This document shows, piece after piece, positions 55,560 through 64,000 of a stretch of DNA of 64,000 nt (position 1 is its first letter; every line of letters begins with the position of its first letter). A program made the translations under genes and the position numbers. Source of the DNA: Trichoplax adhaerens (Eukaryota > Animalia > Placozoa); assembly GCF_000150275.1 (NCBI RefSeq), contig NW_002060945.1, positions 2,565,172 through 2,629,171 of the forward strand, written 5' to 3'. Under the pieces are notes generated by a model. It searched no databases. It worked only from the letters and a program-made list of their open reading frames with translations, and was not told the DNA's origin.

Positions 55560-57600
55560 GTAACCAATATCGATTTTAGTTTATTAGCTATGTAATTAAA
55601 CGTTTAATAGATTTTCTTTAACTTAAATGTTCTACCAAATTCGTAAATATGGAGATTAAAGCTATATTCTTACGTGCCGCCAATCCATTCTAGTGCACTT
55701 ATATAAAACTAGCATTAACACAATACAACAGAGTAGTAATATTCCAATAGGTATTGAATTAATAGTCCATATACGGTATTTTACCAAAATAAGGCAAAAC
55801 AATAATAGAATGCTGGATAATACGAAATACACAAAATGATAGAGCAGTTATAACAAGTTTATTCTATAAGAATGCAGCGAAGTTGTAGGATAAGTTATTA
55901 TTATCAACATGTTATATAAAAGTAAAATTAGATATAACTTAAAAATATTACCAAATCTTGAGTTGTTGATAGTAGCTATATAAGAGTAATGTTTATGGTA
56001 ATTTAAATATTTTAATTTCAGCTTCGTAGAGTGGAACACTAATCTTGGTATTTCGTTCTCATACTCAGTTATGTAAGGATTTAGTGATCTTACTAGCAAT
56101 CTTTATGTTGTAAATAAGTTAGGCGAAGTGTTTATGGAAATATATTTTTGTGTTATTGTTCAGAGTTTGTGATATGATATGTTCATATTCGTATGTACAC
56201 CTTTGAACACTCAATAAAAGATCATGAAATATAAAGAATTTGCTCACTCTTATATCGATGTATTTTTGTATAGTCTAGAAATTTACTACTTAGAAAAATT
56301 ATCATAGGATCAGTGCATGTACGACAGCTTTTAAGGACATCCAACACCTTGCATTCATAGTCACACTTCCTACATTAACCTCTCATGTCGTAAATTAGCA
56401 AAAAACATAGGACTAACAATGAACATTACTAGCAGAGCTCTTAAAAGTTATTGAATTTACGTCGTCTGTTATACAGTGTTACTGAATGAGTACTATGCAA
56501 ATATTGAAAGAGCATTCTTGCTATGCGTTTGGTAACCGAAAAATACCATAACTTTATTTATTTGATCATTGGTCGTTAAAACTGATCAGCAATCGTTACC
56601 GTATCCAAAGCAATCAATAAAATCCCCTGAGATTATAACGTATACTCTCAAGTATGCAATCATTCAATTTTACTCTAAGCCATAGTATAAGTGATAAATC
56701 CAAGCTATTTTTGCCGATAGTACAATTTATCAAGACTCAAATCGCTTCTTCACGATACTATATCGCTAATATAGACCGCATGTAATACAAAGTCATGATA
56801 TTTCATCATTCACTTATTAGATTTTTAGACGTACGGTTTTTCTACATAGGCTAATGAACGCCGCCTAGCTATATTATGGTACAGTAGTTTACAGTATACC
56901 CTAGACTATTCAATAATAATGGTTTGATGTCTTCAATATTAGCATCACAAGAACAGTCATAAGTAAATAAACACGTGAAAAATGCTATTGGCTTAGTCAA
57001 TAACTATATTTAAATAAAATGCTAATTAGTTTAATGTCCTACCTCTTTACTGACAGAAATACTGTGTTACAGTTCGTTGTAATGATAATGATTCTGATTG
57101 CTATACTTTTTACATCATTAAGCTAAATATACTTTTTCCCTACACAGTAAGTTATTGCAAATTTCTTATTTACCTTATTAGTAAGAATCTGAGCCTGCAT
57201 TCTAAAATATTTACAACATCGACAAGCAAGAGATAAAAGGAGGATATTTACCGATAAGAATTTTGTGACAGAATATGAATTGTCCTTAATGGTATAGTAA
57301 TCCTACTTGTAGAGGACTACAAAGTGCGTTAGTTATTAAAAAGTACTCTTTCAACAGCCCAACTAATATATATACAATAAGATCTCAACTGCAATATTTA
57401 CCGAACATTTTTAAGTTTCGTTTAGTACTATGGGATAGAACATAGAGTTCAAAAGTGATATTTTACTTGGAATTTAATTGCATAAATTTAATTGCACATG
57501 ATTCTATCATGATTATCTAAATAGCAATTACATAATCCGGTAATTAATAGTGTATAATGAAATTCCTTATATACCCTTAAAGATTTCAATATCATCTAAG
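55560..57600 (-). pseudogene. Decayed LRR gene relic (D-E spacer)
   Basis: ORF 55848-56099 contains KLKYLNY..IATINNSRFGNIFKLYLILLLYNMLII. Further fragments are RNLQ*LTV (~57150), DIEIFKGI* (~57580), and IFTNLVEHL / ANKLKSI (~55570-55650). Confidence 0.45.
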
Positions 57601-57774
57601 CAACTCATCAGTCATACAAATGAAAACAAGCAATTCAAATTAACAAAATGTTTAAGAACTTATTTGTTGCCAGAATATTTTGGGTATGTTGGAAACTAAT
57701 AACCTAATAATTACAAAGTTAACTGAACCATGAAACAATGTTCGTAATTATAATTTTACTTTTATTACGTTTAT

Positions 57775-58320
57775 TGTGATAAAATCCGATTATGAAAATT
57801 CCAAAGTTGTAGAAAATTAGAACTTTATTAGATCTAATACAAAGACTAGCTACACACAGCTCTACTCTAGACGAATACAACTACTGAAAGACTTCTAGAA
57901 AGAACAATCAGATAATCTAATGTCTCCAACTTTCGTACTCTCCGTAGCCTTCCCATCTACAATGAGCATAGCAGTATTCTAACATATTTTACACGTATTC
58001 AGATTATTATTAGTCACAATATTTTATAGCGAGCCATCTTTAATTCAACATGAAAATGAATACAGTAATTTTGTAGACATTATTCCTACTACTCAAAGTA
58101 CAATGAACTAAACATATCCTAATATATGATTTACAATTCTATTTCTACCTCTAACCTTATTAGTAGCTCAACATCTTACTGTATATAGTCATCTGTATTT
58201 TAGTATAGAGTCTATCCTTACAGTCTATAATTATGGGCTACTAAATATATATCATAAGATAAATATAGAAAAGACACTACCGTACATCATACTAAACATG
58301 GCTAATAGTCTACAATTACA
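57775..58320 (-). mobile_element. Dispersed ~545-bp repeat, copy 2 (solo-LTR-like)
   Basis: Plus strand TGTGAT...AATTACA (TG..CA termini). The minus strand has TATAAAA (~58022-58028) followed by AATAAA (~57824-57829). Near-identical to 38252-38796. Confidence 0.7.
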
Positions 58321-58406
58321 ATACTAAGTTACTTTACTTTTTATAAAACTCTATCAGTATGTAAGATTTATTTATGAATTTATAACGTTTTACTTCTTCT
58401 GGCTAG

Positions 58407-61400
58407 GTTGCAGTCTTGGTTATACCATTATTTGCATCCGGTAAGTAATGTGTACTCTACAGTGCTTTTATGAAATATCGCAATTAGTCTTATTTTAAAA
58501 GCTATCGAGATATATCAAGCTACCCTACATTAGAATAAGCAAAGAATAATAATTTTCTTTAAAGAAGATCATGTCTTTGAATATGAATTTCGCTCATTCT
58601 TTTAGCTTTGGAATTATTTATATGATATCGTAACATCCTCATGAGCTGCTGACTATAGCACGAGTACCAGTACATAATTTTATTATTTAAATAATATCTA
58701 CGTTTAGTCATGCAAATAATGACTATGTTGATTGGATAGAAGTAAGTCATCTACCTAAATCAGATTGAACACTATCAAGACGTAGTCGATATGTAGTCTG
58801 ACACAGTACATCAATTAATAATGATATCAATCGATGATAAAAACATTTTAAAGTTGAGATTTATTCCACGTACGTAATTTAAAGACATTGACTACCATCA
58901 TAAATGACAATGATCATGACTAGATAAAAGTCGTAAATTGTCTACCTAAATTAGATTGAATGCTCCAAAGATGTAGTAGATATGTAGTCTGACATAGTAC
59001 ATCAATCAGAAAAGAAATCGATCGTAAAACTTTTTATAAAAGTTGCTTTATTTCATATGCGCCCTAAAGCATATTTACAGCCATTAGAATAGTTCCCATT
59101 TAAATACTATGATTTTAAATTCAATAGTTATGATTTAACTAAAATCAAATATACGAGTAGATGTACTAAAATTGCTTTCCATAACGTAGTTTCCCTTTGA
59201 TATCATACACAAGGCAAATTATATCTTTGAAAATATTTCATCAATTTCAGTTATTCGAGGAAAGATCATTTCTTATGAATAAATCGCTTATTGATCGTCA
59301 ATTTGACTTCGTATTGTATATGGAAGTTTTATCTCATTTTGGCTATTAATACAGAAACAGGAATAACAAATTAAGTGAATATCCAATTTAAATTTATCTT
59401 TATAACATCGATTGACTTTATCTTTCTAAAATAGATCCCTGTCAAGATTATCATCCATTAAATGATGCTGGTAGATCCATTAGCTCAGAAGTAGATACAA
59501 TTTTCAAATGCGACAAATCCTTAATACATCAATGGTATCGATTTACTGATGGAAATAAGAGTGAACTGATTCTAAATAAATGTGCTAAAGCATATGGAAA
59601 ATGTGGTACTATATCTCCAGGTTGGATGCAAGGCACCCATCCAGCAGGTAATTAAAATACAGATAATTCGTAGATCAATTCAATTTCGATCTGGCCAACT
59701 TGAATCGTCAAGCGTGAAATATTTGATTGAACATGATTACGAATTATTGAAATAATCCAGCAAGATTTGTCATAGTATGAGATTTCTAAATTCTGCACAA
59801 CATCTACTTTTTATTACATTATTAATGCTATGATAGTATTGGAGAATTGAACTAAGTCATTGCTTACTACATCTATAGTGGCCGACGATATCGTTAACAG
59901 GACAGTCTGCTTCTATAGAGATGAGAACTGTTGTGCATCAAAGTCTCAAATTCAAGTTAAAAACTGCGGTTCCTTCATGGTATATCGATTGCCGCCATTG
60001 CCAAATATTCCTGTTTGCAGGCGTTATTGTACAACTGCCATGGGTAAAGCAATTGCTATTATCTTTTAATATTAACATAATTACGCACGTAATCTTCTTA
60101 ATTAAGAAGTTTGATTACAATTATACAAATAAATGTTAAAGTCACGATAAAAGATAAAATAACATTGTGAAAATAAAGAACTAAATTGGTTTTAATTTAT
60201 TACTTTCGAATTCCTTTATCTTAGTAATTGTTAGATAGCTCGATTTTTTTAGTGGATAGAAAAAACTTAAAGTATTGGCCTACACTGACTTGAATATTAA
60301 GATCAATAAACTTTAAATTATATTACTCTCCAATATCTAGTACTGTAAAGCCAAGTTTTTAGTTTAAAGTGACAGTGCTAGTTAATTTCCCTATAGAATT
60401 CATTTTAATTTACAATTTTCCAACTAGTTATCATCGAGAAGTGATAAAAGGAATTTCCGTGAATTAACCTTAAATCCTCTATACAATTGGCTCAATATAA
60501 AATATTAGTAATTCGTAATCTAGTTCAATCTATAATTAATATTTCTAGCAAGTTATCATATTTAAAATCGAATTTTATTTTAAAACAATGAAGCCAGTTA
60601 ATTTATTCGTAGAATTGAATTCAATTACCAATCTTTCCAACTAGTTATCATTGCGAAGTGATATGGATAGTTTCCAAGAATTAACCTCAAATTGTTTTTA
60701 CAATAACTCAACATTAAAATAGAAGTTCTACTACTAATTTACAATCCAGTTCAACTTATAATCTTTCTAGTAAGTTACCATATTACAAATTGAGTTAAAT
60801 CCAGTCATTAGTTTAAATTAACGACGCCAATTAATTTTCTCATAGAATTTGGTTCGGTTTGCAATCTTATGACTAGTTATCATCAAGATGCGATAAGGAT
60901 CATTTCCATGAATTAACTCTAATACTCTATACAAATTACTCAGTATATCGTAAAAATAATACTACCACTACTAATTTATTATCTAGTTTAACCTATTATC
61001 TTTCTAGTAAGTTATCATATCTCAAATTAATGCCATTAATTTTAACAAATATTTATGTTATTTAATGTAAATTGACGCCACTACTGTATTTTAAATTTTA
61101 TTATTGGTAGGACTTTATTCTTATTTTATAGGTAAAGTGCTTATAATTTTATCTTAACGATTTTATAGATCCATGTGATTATTACGATACACTAAGTGAC
61201 ATTAGTAGATCAGATACGACCCTGTCAACCAATAGCCTCCAACAAAACTACCTATGTGATGATCATCTTAATAATACATGGTATCGATTTAAATATGGAG
61301 AAGTTGATCATATCATAAAAACGGAATGTATTGAAGCGAATTCAAAATGCGGAACCTATTCACCAGGATGGATGTTAGAAGAGCATCCTACAGGTATTTA

Positions 61401-63846
61401 AATCTCAACATACCCTTGTATTTGTAAAATTTTTAGTTCACTGCAGTTTAAAGATAAGCTTTAATGGAAAAGTCTCTTGGACGATTGGGTACACTAGTTC
61501 ACAAAATACTTATACCAGTGATAAAGACTGGCATCATAAGAAATCTAGTTTAATTAATATAAGAGAATTTATTTCGAGCTAACCAAAGAGTCGCATTAAG
61601 ATTATAGAAATTTAGAAATAAATAGTTGATAACCTTGATAGTATTCATAAAATAAAATAGAACATGGTTCGACAAAGTAGAATATATTAGATCCATCAAG
61701 CTTGTCTAAAAATTTATACTAGTATATATGTATGATGAATAGATCAACTAAATTAAGATCTAATAAAACGTATAACATTCTTTTCTTATTACAGTGGACG
61801 ATAAGATTGTCAGTAGAAAAGTTTGTTTTTATTTCCTTGGTGATTGCTGCTATAAAAAGTCATCAATTCAAGTTAAAAATTGTAGTAACTTTATGATCTA
61901 CCGACTGTCATCGACAACGCGACATCAAATGTGTAGTCGTTATTGCTCCACTCAAGTTGGTCTGTAATATTAATTTATTTTTTAAAATACCTATCAAAAG
62001 TATAATAATTAGATTTGCTGATTTGAGATGCTACTTAAAGAATGGCAAACTAAACTATTTCATTAAAATATAGATCAATGTAATCCCAATCCATGTCTTC
62101 ATGATGGCAATTGTACGAGGGCAGGTAAAAGTTTTTCCTGCGCGTGCCATGAAAATTATAACGGAAGAAGTTGTGAAAATGGTATGTAAGCATGTATCAT
62201 ATAACTCAATCACCAAAGCATCACTCATGATAATAAATTGATGATCAGTTTTATTCATAACAGTAATTAAACTTAAAAATACTCAATGTAAGTGGTAACT
62301 TTTTCACTGCTAAAGTTTCAGGTATTGCAAAACAAATAACATTTATGCTAAACTCGTAGTAGGATCGTAACCTATTGTGTTAACGTCCAATATACGACAT
62401 TTAGTTAAACTATAGCCTTTATCCTTGTAAACTACGATAGTATGATCATATACTAAAATCCGTCAAGGATAGAAATGTGCCACTGAGCAATGATATTTTA
62501 AGAGCCGGCAATTCTACTTGTAATTACAGTAATGGTTTTATTAATCAAAGTAAGCATTAATTAGGTTATTTTTGTTGCGTTGTTTAAAATTTTATTATAT
62601 CATAACTTAGATATGAAAGATTATTAAGCATAAGAATAAGTATTGATACTGAGAACAATGAGTAATAAGTACAGTAATATATATTTATACCATTTTTGGA
62701 AACTCCTAAAGATACTGTACTCATTCTAAGATATTAGCTAAATAGTTATTTTTTCAATGAAAGTAAATATTGTTTCGGCTAGTTTTTATTATTATGATTA
62801 AATTTTAATATCATATTACAACCAAGACATCAACGATTATTAAACATAAGAACAAGTACTGATATTGAGTACCATAAGAATGAATATACAGTACAGTAAT
62901 GTATATTTATACCTTTTTTGGAAATTCCTAAAAGTACCATACGGTACTGATTCTAAAATATCAGATACGCATAAAATTCGAATATGAAACAAGTTAATTT
63001 TGAAAACATTAGGTACTTATATCCCTTCTTTAATTTTACAGTAAAGAACTAACTGTAATTTAAACCTGTTGTAAACTCAAGATAACTTGTTATCAAATTT
63101 TTCAGCAGAAAAGCATCAGTAATCATACTACAGCCATTACTTTTAACTTACATAGACAATATGAAGCCTTTAATAACTAAGAGCTCCATTTACAGATCTA
63201 AATTCTTGCCGAAGTAATCCTTGTATTCATGGAAGATGTCAAAATATAAATTATTCTTATCTATGCCAATGCCATGCTGGCTACACGGGGACAGATTGTG
63301 AATTAGGTATATTTATATCGCGTATGATAATTAACATACAAATGTAGCGATTCGTGTTTGCCTAAGTAAAAAAATTCTTTCATTTAGACATTGATGAGTG
63401 TACTGAGAATATAAAAAAATGCAAAGAATTATGCATTAACTCATATGGCAACTATTCTTGCGGTTGTCATCATGGCAGGGAATTATCAAATGACAAAATT
63501 TCTTGTTACGGTATTATTTGCTTACTATATAAGCCTTTCTCATAAGTTAAAAATATCCTTATTTAATGTTTTCAATATCAAAGCTCAAAGTTAAAACTAT
63601 TTGGCATTTCTTTATTTTTTCCGCCAATTGCAGATCCATGCAAAAATGCAATTATGATTAATGATTCTAGTCGATCAGTTTACACATTGAGCAATAATTT
63701 CCTCAAATGCGATAAAGAAGGCTGGAAGACGGCTTGGTATCGATTTAATGGCGGAGTCAATAGCCAGATGATGGCGACAGGATACGTCAAAATTACTTCA
63801 TGTGAGACGATATTCCCTGGATGGTTAAAGGGCAATCATCCTACAG
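58407..63846 (+). CDS. Gene E, 5' part: D10C-D10C-EGF-EGF-cbEGF-D8C protein (first exon not identified; continues past the window)
   Basis: Putative signal exon 58407-58440 (VAVLVIPLFAS). D10C 59435-59647 + 59879-60043. D10C 61169-61393 + 61795-61959. EGFs 62074-62181, 63196-63306, 63388-63510. First half of D8C 63634-63846 ([17 protein letters not shown]). Confidence 0.85.
60350..61030. repeat. Three diverged ~230-bp tandem units in a gene E intron
   Basis: The blocks ctagttatcat..gtgata..tttcc..gaattaac..tttctag(c/t)aagtta(t/c)cata recur at ~60424, ~60641 and ~60873. Confidence 0.75.
62588..62964. repeat. Diverged ~160-bp direct repeat in a gene E intron
   Basis: gattattaagcataagaataagtattgatactgag..gtacagtaatatatatttatacc..ttggaaa occurs at ~62620 and again at ~62835. 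Confidence 0.7.
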
Positions 63847-64000
63847 GTAACGCTGCTAAAATATCATCTACTTAAAAGCAGCATTATCTAAGCTACTAAT
63901 ATATCAAATTAAGATTTTTTTGCTTTTAAAATTAACTAACTATCATCATAGTCATCAAGAATTCCACTACTGGATATTTTATCTTTAAGCTATGCTTGAA

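Noticed and set aside
57265-57297. Possible first exon of gene E ending ...ttaatg|gtatag
   Set aside because: There is no convincing in-frame upstream ATG or signal-like sequence, so it is not supportable.
102-63846. One giant gene spanning the whole window
   Set aside because: Separate terminal exons with stops (3415, 20887, 37011, 55263) and repeated signal-peptide exons define distinct genes.
63952-64000. Possible next exon after the AG at 63950-63951
   Set aside because: It does not translate as the expected second half of D8C and hits a stop. The real exon probably lies beyond the window.

Overview
AT-rich eukaryotic (animal) genomic DNA with short GT-AG introns. Composition and intron size suggest a basal metazoan such as a placozoan, which is inference only. 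The supplied ORF track mostly shows single exons running into introns or antisense shadows of exons. The window holds a tandem array of five paralogous + strand multi-exon genes: A is a 3' end, B, C and D are complete, and E is a 5' part. They encode predicted secreted proteins with the layout signal peptide - 0 to 2 ten-Cys uromodulin/GP2-type (D10C) domains - EGF,EGF,cbEGF - eight-Cys D8C domain - 2-3 EGF - a strongly diverged D8C-like domain - 12 to 28 one-exon EGF repeats - short Cys tail. No ZP or transmembrane domain is seen in B, C or D. All domain exons are symmetric phase 1-1. Each of the four spacers contains fragments that read as a heavily decayed leucine-rich-repeat gene, two with weak TM/TIR-like traces. 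Also present are an inverted pseudogene fragment of the family, a dead EGF exon, a GC-AG intron, solo-LTR-like elements, a MITE and several intronic duplications. Exon boundaries were read by eye.
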